DNA of 64,000 nt from positions 69,493,845-69,557,844 of the forward strand of contig NC_068989.1 in the NCBI RefSeq assembly GCF_001194135.2, read 5' to 3'. The translations under genes were made by a program, and so were the position numbers. This document shows, piece by piece, positions 12,431 to 25,411 of the stretch; within the stretch, counting starts at the first letter, position 1; every line of letters begins with the position of its first letter. This DNA is from Octopus bimaculoides. Lineage: Eukaryota. The notes under the pieces are model-generated. The model was not told where the DNA came from and ran no database searches. It worked only from the letters and a program-made list of their open reading frames with translations.

Positions 12431-14159
12431 TATATGGTAATTGTGACACATTCCCAAAAGGTGGAAGTAATGTTAATAAATCAAGAATTCCTGTGATATG
12501 TCATTTGACATAACTTGTATTTGTCTTATATATTTATGTGTGGGTTTATGTGTGATCATAAATATATCACTTTGCATTCCAAATTTTTCTTGTGCATCTC
12601 AGTAGAATGTGCCTTTGTGTACGAGGGCAATGACATTGTTATTCAGCATGGCATATCAAGTGTGTTGTTGTTTCTATTGTTTAACCCAACGTTAGCAGCC
12701 CCAGTGAAACAGATCCAGATAAAAGGCATAGCACATGTGACTATCATTCTTTCATTTTGCATATCAGGAACTACTGGTCCATTACCTCTCAAGGTAAAAC
12801 CAACTGATTTGAAGAAAACCATGCAGCCATGCCTGCACCTGTGTTTGCATCCCTCAATTTGGAATTCAAATCAAGTAGTTTATATTATATGGTGTTATGT
12901 ATTTTGTATGAGTTTATGTGCGAACTAAGTCAAAAAGAACATATGTATTATATTATATATTATATACACCTTTCAGTTATTCATTTGCAAGAAGTCCCTA
13001 GATGATTAAAGGTAGCATATTATTACAACTATCATTTATTTTATTATATTATTACAGCTAGCATATTATTACAGCTATCAAAGGTATATGACCTGCCTCT
13101 GCCTATTCCATTGGATATTGGACTTCACTGCAACCCTTGCATTTTATATTGAATATATGCTGTTCTATTAATTATTAATTATCAGCAGCCCTTGAATTTA
13201 TGAATGATTGTCCACTGGATTTAGAAATCAGAGGAATGTCTTGTATAATTTTATTTAGGATGGGCAAGTTGTATCTCAGTTTCCTTTTCATGTTTGCTAT
13301 GAGATACCTCTATTTGCAAGGAGAACCAAATTGGTTGGAATAAGTAAATTAATATATCCATCATTACAGCTATCAAATGTCCTACATCTGCCTGTGCTGT
13401 TGGACATCAGACTTCATTGCAATCCCTGGATGAAAGTTAAGTGATGTTGATAGCACTTGCCTGAAGTAGTAACTTAAGTGTCCCTGGGAAAGAAGTGACG
13501 CAATGTCCCATTCACAAGTTCTCTTCAATGAATTCCTATGCTATACGCAGTTACATGTTAGAGTGTGTATAAATGTATTTGTCACCTCTCCACTAATGTG
13601 TATGCTTATTTCTATCCAGAAAAGAAATAAATACACACAACCAGACACACGCACATAAAAACACAGTCAAAGGCACTAAAACATATTCACATGAGATAAA
13701 CATTAGGTTTTAATGCCTGGATTAATTTTTATTATGGCTTCCAAATTGTTTATGGACATGGTCATGTGACCTTTTTGTTTATGGACTAACTAGCAGTAAA
13801 CATGTGGGGGAGGTGTATGCGGAAATTGCATGTCATGATGGCGCATGATCTCTTGTCTAGCTGTAGAAATGTTGCAAAACAACATTAACGTCATGATTTT
13901 AATGGAGAATTATCAAAGAAATAATATTTTCTCTTGAATTTATAACACTTTATTCTTTTTTTTTTTTGTTTTCTTTTTACCAATTGTATTGATCATGTAT
14001 CATAATTTTCTTCACCTTTTGATTTTTAATCAGTGTTTGTTTATCATATTGGAAGCTCTTGTCCTGATAAAATAAATATTTATATAGTCCGTGCACACAT
14101 ACACACACACACTCTCTCTCTCTCTCTCTCTCTTTATCTCACACCCACACACAAAGTTG

Positions 14160-14318
14160 TGGATAGGGCTGTATGATTAACACATACGCTTTATGGCTAC
14201 AGGGTTTCAGACCACAACATCTTGACCAAGTATCTTTTACAATAGCCCTAGGCTGACCAAAACCTTATGAGTGAATTTGGTAGGTGTAAAACTGTGTGAA
14301 AACTCATCATATATGTGC

Positions 14319-14352
<34 letters not shown>

Positions 14353-14530
14353 ATTTGTGCTTACCCTTCACCATTTGACAATCATTGTTGGTTTATTTGT
14401 GACATAGCTGTTCAGCAAAAAGAAACAAAACAAAAAGGACTGACTGAGGGAATAAGTGCTAGACTTAAATAAGTACTGTGGTTGGTCTGTTTAATTAAAC
14501 TCTTCAAAGCAGTGCTCTAGCCATGGCTGC
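14160..14530 (+). mobile_element. Degenerate tRNA-derived SINE, family B
   Basis: Colinear with the reverse complement of 49482-49917 (aagtatcttttacaatagccc, ggctgaccaaaaccttatgagtgaatttgg, (GT)n, tail motifs). Confidence 0.6.
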
Positions 14531-14571
14531 AGTCCAATGGCTGAAGCAACTAAAGAATAAAAGTATATATG

Positions 14572-14733
14572 GAAAATAGCTTTAGTATGTGGAAGATACA
14601 CAGGTACAATAAACACCAAAAATGTACAGAAAATAGACTCCATCAACTGCCAGTGGGGTAAGCTAGAAGTAGTAGATAGCTTCCATTATGTAGGTGACCA
14701 AGTTAATAGCAGAGGTGGATGCTCTGAGAGTAT
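14572..14733 (+). mobile_element. RTE LINE internal fragment
   Basis: Translates VCGRYTGTINTKNVQKIDSINCQWGKLEVVDSFHYVGDQVNSRGGCSESI, homologous to the 25404 ORF. Confidence 0.85.
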
Positions 14734-15760
14734 AGGTTTGTAAGGGAGAGGTTTGTCAGAGACAGATTGTATGCAGGGGCATGGACATAAAGAACATGCC
14801 TGTAAGACCTTGATTTTATTTAGCTGAACAGGTCTCCTCAAGCACAGCATTTCATCCATCATCTTGGTCCTTTGTCATCTCTGTGAGGCTCAACATCTGA
14901 AGATCATTTTTCGCCACTTCATTCTACATCTTCCTGGGTCTTCCTCTTTCACGGGTTCCCTTCACATTTAGAAATCAGCACTTTGTTATGCAGCTGTTTT
15001 CATCTTTAAGCATCACATGGCCATACCAGCACAGTCTTCTCTCTTGCACAACATATCCGATAGCTCTTATACTCAATTTTTCTTTCAATACATTTACACT
15101 TTGTTTTTTGTGCATACTTACATTGCACATCAGGCAGAGTATACCGCCTTCATTTCTTTCAAGCCTTTGCATGTCCTCTACAGTCATAGCCCATATTTCA
15201 CAACTTTGTAGGGTAGCTGTTTGTACACTAGCATTGTACAGTCTGCCTGTCACTCAGAGGAACAAAAGTAGTAGCTCTCTGATGAACAAAAATAGTAGCT
15301 CTCTGATCTTTGCCCAATTGGATGTAATTCTAACATCTATGCTTTCAGCGCATCCTCCTCCACTGCTAATTTGGTTGTGTAGATAACAGAAACTATCTAT
15401 TAAATCTGAGGAACCCTCTGGGCATTGGATGAAATCTGTGTGTTTTTATGTTTGTTGCTCCTGCACATCTACCACACATAAAGTTTTCTTTAACCTTCCT
15501 GTAATTTTTTACCAATGCTTTTTGGCCTGTGAGGGAACTTGCCAAGGCTCCCCTCCACCTTCCTTCTAGAATGTAACACACATCTACATACCTCTGTTAT
15601 AGCATCTCAGCAATCTCACCATACCTACCTTTCAATGTGCCTGCATTAACTATGCTTACACAAAGGATATGGGTGGGGTGACAAGAGTGAACAGGTAGAT
15701 GGGGGACAGCATTCAGCATCTGGAAAAGAGGAAGTTCACATGATAGTTTGTCAGCAGGCT
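14734..15760 (-). mobile_element. Internally deleted RTE LINE: endonuclease N-terminus joined to RT C-terminal region and 3' UTR
   Basis: Minus strand gives VNAGTLKGRYGEIAEML*QRYVDVCYILEGRWRG (APE start), then directly NFMCGRCAGA, GRLYNASV...SCEIW, ERRLCWYGHVM and GRPRK-like motifs. 24-bp tandem duplication at 15260-15307. Confidence 0.8.
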
Positions 15761-16494
15761 TAACAGTCAGAAGCAGATATTAAGAAAACACTTAGCCAAG
15801 GTACTGTACAGTGTAACAGAACATGAGACCACATGGTTGGGAAACAAGCTCCATAAACCCACACACATGCATAAGTATGTGAATATACATTTATTCATAC
15901 ATTCATACATACAAACATACATACATACATACATACATGCATACAAAAATATAAGCCTTAGTAGTGATAATGATGTGAGTGTATAAATGTGTGTATTTCT
16001 GTTGAATGTGTGTGTATGCGTGCATATGTGTGTGTGCGTCTACACGTATGTTTGCATTTGCATTTATATGTATGTGTTTCACCTACATTCCCTTACGCAT
16101 TTGGCTGCATGCTTCTTTATGAGAAATCTAATTACTTATTCTCATGATTCACCAGACACTTCAAATTAGGTTTTGCCTTAGAGCTAGCCAACTTGCAGCC
16201 GTGTGAATCTTCCATATATGCCCTTATGTCAATAAGGAATTTCTTTGGCTCACTTTCATTGAACATTGTTCAACCGTCATCTGCAGCAATGGCTACCACC
16301 TCTGATAATTGTTAAATTGAATGTGAACGAGGATGCGATCAAGCCAACACATCACATGTAATAGTGATAAGGATATTTGGTAAATATTAAAAGAAGTGTA
16401 TGTGTGCATATATATGTTTGAGTGAGTAATTATATATGTGTGCATGCATATAAATGTGAGTATATGTATGTGTGTGTGTCTACATATCATCGCA

Positions 16495-16630
16495 TGAAGG
16501 CATATGCCTTAGTGGTTAGGGTATCTGACTTATGATCATAATGTCATGGGTTCAGTTCCCAGACTTAGCAGTGCATTGTGCCCTTCAGCAAGGCACTTCA
16601 TTTCACATTGCTCCACTCTACACAGATGAA
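16495..16630 (+). mobile_element. tRNA-derived SINE, family C (head and core)
   Basis: gccttagtggttagg (A box), gggttcagttccc (B box), then ccttcagcaaggcact...cacattgctcc; homologue at 30165. Confidence 0.65.
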
Positions 16631-19600
16631 AATCAGCACTGGCTGAGTGTTGGTGCAGCTTTCTTCTTCTCTCTTGCTATCTCTCCCTCTCACCACCTCT
16701 CACCCTCTTCTTCAGGTCACGTCCTGGATGAGCTACTGGATGAAACAATTGGAGAGTCTATGTCTATTGTCTACTTGTGACTACATAGACATTTAAAACA
16801 ATTACTGAAAGCATGATGTGTGCTATGAAGCCATACTCATTCAAAGCTGACGGCAAGCTTTAAACATATGTTTATAAGATGATAATTTATTTTCAAATGC
16901 AGAAATACCATGGCTGTTTGTTGACAAATATTTCTGCTTTGTAAGAGTAATTTATCTAATATTTCTGCTGTTCTAACAGCGTTTCTGCATTTGAAAATAA
17001 ATTATCATCTTATTTGTATCTTACAGTACACATTTCAACACTTATAAAAAAAAACCAAATGTTTGCTTATATTTATATACATACATACAGACAGACATGT
17101 GTGTGGTGCATGTGTGTGTGTATATATATATATATATATTTATCCATATGGTGTGTGTGTATATACATGGATATAGATATAAAGCTAGTACTTGACTGTC
17201 AGTGCTTGCAGTTTCTTGCTCTGTGCAATCCTTCGTATGACATTTTGTCAGTGGTGCTTGATAAAATCACATTAGACAAGAAATTTATGCAAGGGGAGTA
17301 GTACTGCAGTGCAGTCATGAATTACTACTGAATTCCCTGTCAGAACATTTTATTCTGCACTACCTCATTTTAGCTAAGTGTGATAAATAGGCCTCAGATC
17401 ATCAAGGAAGTTACCTGCAATACACTAGTATCTTAAGCAAGGGATCTTTGTGATGTTCACTTTACTCTATGAAACTGGATCTATGTATTGGTTCTCAAAT
17501 CCTTTCAGTGCTGAGTAGATGTTAATACAGAAGTAGGGTATGTATCGGTGAAAGTGAAAGTATTGATAGAATCTCTTTGCAGTAAAGTTACTTATTTCTG
17601 TTGCACTTTTATGCTCCTTTGTTCAGCTATGGTTTTAGTTGTAGCCAGGAGTCTAGAGTGCAACAAACAATAGAAATAAAGTACATCTAGTTGTTCACAA
17701 GGCTTAATAAATAATTCCAACAAGATTTTTGAAGGATGTTCTTAATGTATTTTTGAATTTGAAGTGCTTTTTCCGTCTTGGAAGTAACTGTTTTTCATTT
17801 ATGTGATATTGCCATGCAATAGATTGTGTGTTTTTTATTTTTTTCATTTTGTAGATTTCTATCTTTCTTTCAAATATTGAGATTTAAATAAGTATATATC
17901 AAGATAACAAAAAAGGAGATAGACAAAGTATGACAAATAAAAACTATTGATAAATACAAGTAGAGGTGCCTTTTTTTAAAATCTACTATTAACACGCAAT
18001 TGCCTTTGTGGCTTTGATTTTACTTGCTGTTCTTTACCATCTTTAGATTTGAAAATTCATTGGCATTTGTATGTATTACTCAATGCAGCCTATCACTTTT
18101 CAACTCTATCCCTCACTTTTTCTTAGTAATCCTTATCAATAATCCCTTCTTTCTCCTTTGTTCCATGCCATACTCCCCCATCTTCTCTTCTTACTTCTCA
18201 TCCCTCATCCCCCTGCCTAGAACCATTGCTTACCATCTCTTCTATTCTTCCTAAATTACAGGGATCACTTTAGACTCTTAACATAAGGTCAATCATCAAT
18301 AGTACTGATGCCATGAAAAATGCACCCAGTACATGTAAAGTGGTTGGCATGAGAAAGAGCATTGGACCATAGAAACCATGTCAAAGTAGACATTAATGCA
18401 TGATTTAGTCCTCTGAATTGTCAAATCCTGTCAAACCATCTAACCCTTGCCAGACATGATGGCAATTTTAATTTTCATAAATGAAGTATAGTGAAACGAC
18501 CATTTCTTTTTCATTGCAGTGTTTCCAATATAGCAACATTCTTCTTTTGTTTTGTCTGACTCAGTTTATATATTCAAACACTGAACACTATTTTTTCTTC
18601 ACTGATCTACAGAATCAATCATTTGTTGGCTATTTTTATTTTCTTTTTGTTCACTCTGTTTAATCTTTTTTCCCTTTGATCATGACCACTTGTGATTCTC
18701 AATAAATATTGATTTTAAACATTAGCACAAGGTCGCAAATTTTTGGTGGGGAGTGAGGGAGGGAAAATTCAATTACATTTTAACATAATATTCAACTAAT
18801 GTTATTTCTTTCATGTCAATCCATTCAATTATAAAGTTTATCTTTATTCTTTTGACATCTATTTGCCAAGTTACCATTAAAGAAGTGTTTTTAGTTCACA
18901 TATATAAATCTAATCATATTTTGTGATTTAAATTCATAACAGTGTTATTTCTAAATTGTTTTGTCAATAGAAAGAATGACACGTCATCATCCTCTTCATT
19001 TTAACACCTACTTTTTTCATGCTTGCACGGGTTAGAGCTTACTGAGGCAGATTCTCGATGACCAGCTGCCAACACTGGATTAATGATTAGGAAAATAAAC
19101 AAGCGTATAGGGCATCAGAGGAAGTAGGGTACCACAGAAATGGTAAATGGTTTATGGCACAAAAGAAATCACTTTAAACTTGCTAAAATGATATTCAAAG
19201 TGATTTATATGATCAGAAATATATTTTCAAAGTGCTTATGGTGTCATAGTGAGAATTTGATCAAAGACTTTGCAATTAAAAAAATGTAGGAGAAAACTTT
19301 TCAAATACAGATGTAGTGTAAATATACGAAAAATCAAAAACAAAAAAAAAACGACCATTATTTTCTATCTTACTGTTAGTTTTGTTTCATTTTGAAAAAT
19401 AAAAAAAATTATTTTATGGTTTATTACTATTCATATTTCAAATTACATATATACATGGGGGCACCAAAATCTTTTAAGTGTTTAGGGCTTCTATGAGTCT
19501 TAATCCAGCTCTGCTGGCTGCCTTTCCTGTCACCAACCCTCACCTGTTTCTAAACAAAGTAATATTTTCCCACGACCAGACATGTTCTCACAGAATATCA

Positions 19601-19945
19601 GAGATAAATGACACTGCTGTGTGACAGGGGCATTCATTTATAACTATCACATATCCATAAATGAAGGAGACACAAACACACACATATATACATACATAGA
19701 CACACACACTCACACAATAGGTTTCTTTTAGCTTCCATCTTCCAAATCTACTAATAAGGCTTTGGTAAAGTCAGAGATATAGTTACAGACACTTATCCAA
19801 GGTGTCTTTGCAGTGTATCTGGACTCAAAACCACATGACTGAAAAGCAAACTTCTCAACCACTCAGCTATGTCAGTGCCTCTTATTGCATTGCAATTCTA
19901 AAATATATTTTTAACAAACGCTCTCTTTGGTATCTGCTGACTTAC

Positions 19946-20001
19946 CTTGATATTTCTTTTGTACATTTTGCATATATCTTGTCTTTTAGAGCTGGAGAAG
20001 A
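19946..20001 (-). other. Candidate 56-nt host exon (alternative acceptor gives 46 nt)
   Basis: Acceptor cctcttagtttcacttcag, donor AAG|GTAAGT; two open frames (SSPALKDKIYAKCTKEIS or FSSSKRQDICKMYKRNIK). No homology recognised. Confidence 0.35.
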
Positions 20002-20571
20002 CTGAAGTGAAACTAAGAGGTTTTAATTTGTATAACTACTAGCTTTAGGGAAAAATTAACGAGGATAATTTTCAAGACAAGATATAGATTATTTGATACA
20101 TTTAACAAAGCCTTTTATTTTTATGTTCAGTAACAGAAGCTAAGAACTAATGAGGATTAAGATTTGAAAAATCAATTGAAATTCTACAAAAATTAGAAAG
20201 AAGGAAGTATTATTTGAAACCAGCAGAAAAGACTTTAAAAACTAAGTACCTAGATAAAGTTCTATGTAATCCGAATATTTCAGAGTTGTAGTAAATTAAA
20301 ACTGTTAACACTAACAAGTGCAAAACCTATATGATTGTACAATTGATGCAGGGCTAATTGAGATGTGATGAAAATTAATAATAATTAGAATTGGCTGTAG
20401 AAGGATTATGAAATAGAAGTAAGTAGTTGTGTAAATAAAATTAGAAAGCAAAAGAATTCATGTGTGTGTGCATGTGTGTCTACACCTACACACATGCACA
20501 CATATATACACACATACAGGAACATACACACACATTTATATGACTACACATATTTATGCATATACTTGATT

Positions 20572-20658
<87 letters not shown>

Positions 20659-21203
20659 ATAAGAGTGAAAAAACTACAGAAGGCTTGTGTTACATGGTTA
20701 AAGTATATATTTAAATTATGTCAGAAAAATGTTATAAAATCNNNNNNNNNNNNNNNNNNNNNNNNNNNNNNNNNNNNNNNNNNNNNNNNNNNNNNNNNNN
20801 NNNNNNNNNNNNNNNNNNNNNNNNNNNNNNNNNNNNNNNNNNNNNNNNNNNNNNNNNNNNNNNNNNNNNNNNNNNNNNNNNNNNNNNNNNNNNNNNNNNN
20901 NNNNNNNNNNNNNNNNNNNNNNNNNNNNNNNNNNNNNNNNNNNNNNNNNNNNNNNNNNNNNNNNNNNNNNNNNNNNNNNNNNNNNNNNNNNNNNNNNNNN
21001 NNNNNNNNNNNNNNNNNNNNNNNNNNNNNNNNNNNNNNNNNNNNNNNNNNNNNNNNNNNNNNNNNNNNNNNNNNNNNNNNNNNNNNNNNNNNNNNNNNNN
21101 NNNNNNNNNNNNNNNNNNNNNNNNNNNNNNNNNNNNNNNNNNNNNNNNNNNNNNNNNNNNNNNNNNNNNNNNNNNNNNNNNNNNNNNNNNNNNNNNNNNN
21201 NNN

Positions 21204-21905
21204 CAGGGGTGGATGCTCTGAGAGCATAGCTGCTAGAATAAGAATGGGCTGGGCAAATTTCAGAGAGCTCTGTTGGTAACAAATGGCCTCTTGCTCAGAG
21301 GGAAAGGTAGACCCAGGATGAGGTGGTGAAGCATAATCTTCGAATGCATTGCCTCACAGAGGCAATGACAAGCAACCAAGACCTTTGGAGATATGCTGTG
21401 CTTGAGAAGACCCAAGAAGCCAAGTGCGATCATAGTTGTGGCCAATACCAGTGTCAAGCTGAGTCAAGTTGAGTGAGATTGTAGTCATGGCCGATTCCAG
21501 TGTTGCGTAACTGGCCCGTGAAAAGCACCCTTCAATTGTTGGGCAATATGTTGTGCTTGTGAAGACCTGTGAACTGAGTGAAATCGTAGTTGTGGCTAAT
21601 GCCAGTGCCATCTGACTGACACCCATGCTGGTGGCAAGTAAAAAGCACTATTCGAGTATTGGGCCTCATGGAGGCAGTGACAGGTGACCAAGACCCTTGG
21701 CAGATATACCATGCTTGCGTTGACCTGTCAAGCCAAGTGAGACCATAGTCGTGGCCGATGCCGGTGTTAGGTCAATCGCACACAAAAAGCACCCACTACA
21801 CTCTCGTAGTGTTTGGTGTTAGGAACCTGGTGCAGCCCCTCTGGCTTACCAGTTTTCAGTCCAACCATCCAAACCATGTCAGCATGAAAAGCGAACATTA
21901 AATGA
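21204..21905 (+). mobile_element. RTE LINE 3' fragment with internal deletions and repetitive 3' UTR
   Basis: GGCSESIAARIRMGWANFREL, then jumps to the GRPR region; 3' UTR homologous to 26.0-26.8 kb; left end in a gap. Confidence 0.85.
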
Positions 21906-22061
21906 TGTGAAATATGTATATAGAAAGATGTATTCACAGTAGAATATTACATTTGCTCTATAAATTATATCAGTCAAGACTCTTATATCTAGTATGTCAA
22001 AATATTTTCAAATATGTTTTGTATGTTATTTTTTTCCAGTGTCAAATTATTGAATTCACTT

Positions 22062-22101
<40 letters not shown>

Positions 22102-22880
22102 ACACCCATACACACACAGACACACACACATATATATATATGTATATATTCTGGGTAAAGTATGTGTTGGTACAAAGTATGTTATATTGAAAGTGTTACA
22201 TTTATTGAAACTGCAATTTGTTATTTGTTGTATATGTGTTGAAATTTCAGTGTAATAAATACAGCAAAAGATATTCTTACCATTATGACATTTAACAGTG
22301 TAAATTGATTGCTTATCTGGTGTCATATCTCAGTAGTATTTTATGATGAAGAGTGGCAGAAGAGAAAATGCTTAATTTTACTTATCGAAGTTTATTTGAA
22401 ATGTTGTATGGATTACTGTTCATGGATATTAACTAAATACTCATTTTTCAGGAAAAAGAATTTTAATTTCATGAGATCTTTTAGACTCTTGATGCAACTG
22501 AAGAATACTTTAACTTTTTTGATATCAACCTGCATGTGACCTCTCTTAATTTCTATGATACAATTCTGTTTTAAAATATTCTAAATTCAAATCTATTCCA
22601 CATTAATTTATATCCTAAACATCAACAAAGCTATTTTCCTAAATTTTTCATCATTTTCAAAATTGATTAAGACAGAGGTAGACAGAAATATGGTAACAAA
22701 AGGGTTAACTTTAGATTTTCATTATTGCAGATATTTAATTATTTTTGTTAATTAATACTTATCACAGCAGAGATAGTCAAAGTGGTAGCATACTAGACTG
22801 GGTGCTTTTTTAAAAATTCAATATTTCAATGTTCTGAGTTCAAATGATACAAGGGTAAACCTTACTTTTCGTTCTTTCAG

Positions 22881-22921
<41 letters not shown>

Positions 22922-24304
22922 NNNNNNNNNNNNNNNNNNNNNNNNNNNNNNNNNNNNNNNNNNNNNNNNNNNNNNNNNNNNNNNNNNNNNNNNNNNNNNN
23001 NNNNNNNNNNNNNNNNNNNNNNNNNNNNNNGATTGAATGTGGTACTTAAAATGTTTGTGGCACCAGAATTTGGTAGGGTATATATTTACAAATATGTGTG
23101 TATATGAATTAATGCATCTCATCAAAATATTGTGATCAATTTAATCAACTATACCACGTCTACAAAATGGCCACATGACTATATAAAAAATCAATATTCA
23201 TATAGCTACTTTCAAAATCAATATTAGGTGTACTTTCTCTCTCTTATTAATTCATATACATAGAGGGTATCTATGTGTCTTTCTGTTTCTCTCTCTCTCT
23301 CTCTCTCTGATTTTATCTGCCAGTACTACCCCAATCATTTCTTTATCTTCCATTTCTGTCATTGTTCCTGTCTTTTTCAAAACTTCTTTCCTTTGCATAA
23401 TTCTCACTGTAATTCTCTCTCCCCTCTCTCATTGAGTGTTTCTTTTTCCCCTTACACATAAACATACTTGTAGATACCATATATAAAAACATACAGTTGT
23501 ATACTCTTTGCAGACATATACAAAGTACTTTTACAAACACATAGTCAATGATACACTCATACCACTTCTCTGTTACTCCCATTTAATTCCCAAATCCTTT
23601 AAAAATGGAGACCATAACAATTTAGATTACTTTCATAGAAAACTTTTGATGAAAGTTCAGCAATGAAGCTTTTTTTAAATTTTATTTATATAATTTTCTT
23701 ATTCAGCAGACACCAGCTCAATAGTAATTTTCCCAGTTGATAAACCATCCTTTACAATGAGTGATTATTACCGTGCAGCTTCAGATCAACTTTGATCAAA
23801 GCTGTTTTTCACTTTTACTTTACCTTTTTTATTATTCCAGATAATGTATCCAAAACAACATTTCTCAAACTTTTCTAACTATCACCCTCTTACGTTTTTG
23901 TAACAGTTTTTCACTGCTCCACCTTGCTTTTGATTCAACAAAATTAACTATGCCACATTTACATATCCATGTGTATGCATACACAAATCAGGATGTTATA
24001 TAATGCTATAGGTGCCGTGGCTGTCTTTATTGCATGTATGGAAATACCCATATATTTTGACAATATCCTTTAAATTATACTTTTGTTTCTTGTTTATAAT
24101 TTACATATAATTATATGCTACTGTTCACTTCCAACCTGCTATGAAAATTTGTCTGAGAAAATATTACTTTGCTTGGAAGCAAGTGAGGATCGGTGACAAG
24201 AAAAGAATCCAGCTATAGAAAATGTACCTCAACAAATTTCAGCTGACCCATGCAAGCATGGAAATCATGACATTAAATTATGATAATGATGATGATGGTG
24301 TTAT

Positions 24305-24500
24305 CATTGTTTAACCTTAGATCAATCCTGATTGAGCAAACCCATGATCAAAACAATCCAACCATGACCACCCTGACTTTTTGAGGGTATGTTTAAGACT
24401 ATATTATCTAATGTGTCCTTTGCATTTCTAAGATAGTATGGCTTGATTTCAAGGAGAATTGGCTGTTATATTTTTCATAGGTTAGTAACCATATAGAGGC
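24305..24500 (+). repeat. Unclassified interspersed repeat (second copy about 59345-59560)
   Basis: Shared atgatcaaa..ca.tcca.cc.tgaccaccctg and tctaagatagtat blocks. Confidence 0.5.
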
Positions 24501-24634
24501 TCAATCATTGTACATTTGTACACTCTTGTTGTGGTCATAGGAGAGGTGGACAAGGCTGATTCAGTCAGAGAATAACAATTGTTGTTTGTCTGCACTTATT
24601 GTCATTACATCAGGTCCTTAGTTAAAGAACTTAC

Positions 24635-24729
24635 CTATTTCAGCTCTACCACTAAGCTGGTGCCACATGCAATATTTTTTCTTAGTTACATCACTAAGAT
24701 TGCAGTGGGGTTCTCCATAGCAACCATCT
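24635..24729 (-). other. Candidate 95-nt host exon
   Basis: Donor ATAG|GTAAGT, moderate acceptor; open frame DGCYGEPHCNLSDVTKKKYCMWHQLSGRAEI. No homology recognised. Confidence 0.2.
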
Positions 24730-25411
24730 CTAGTTTATGCTATAAGGTAGCATAGAATTTTGTTGAATATTTCAGAATCTCAAAGTTTTTTTCATTTTTA
24801 AGACTGACCAATATTTCTGTAAATCGTTAGAAAAGTCTCAGACATTTAATTAGGTTTGCAAGCACTATGCTTTTTCTTCTACAATTCTTCAAAAAAGGGT
24901 CTACTTTACTCACGTAGTATTCTTGTAAAGTGTTAATCTCTCATACACATGTATAAACACTTGGTTTCTAGTCTGTTCTCATATTAGCACCTTTTTTTTT
25001 TCTTCTTTCTTTTATACTGAACACTTATTTACTAAAATAGAAACTATACAATAGACTGGTGCTAGTCCCAGCTCGAAGAAATTCACAGAATACATTTATG
25101 ATCAAAAACATTGATATTTTATCAGATTCTTTAATTTGACATTTATTTTTGGTTATTCAATGTAACAAGTTTTCTTAACTGATGTCTGAAGATCTGTGGA
25201 AGTCTGTAAGTTGTCTGTATCTAAGGAATTTACGACATGAAAAGAAAGATGTTTATTGGTGAACTGGAAGTGTTGCTAGAGTGTTAAATACAATATTTTG
25301 CAGTATTTCTTTTGATTCTCTTTACTCAGAGTTCAAATCCCACCATATTCGACTTACCTTTTAACTCTTTTGGAATTGATAAATAAACACCAATTCAGGG
25401 TGGTTGATTGA

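Noticed and set aside
20665-21282. Long ORFs here and at 28473-29162 and 61426-62448
   Set aside because: They are open only because N runs translate as X.
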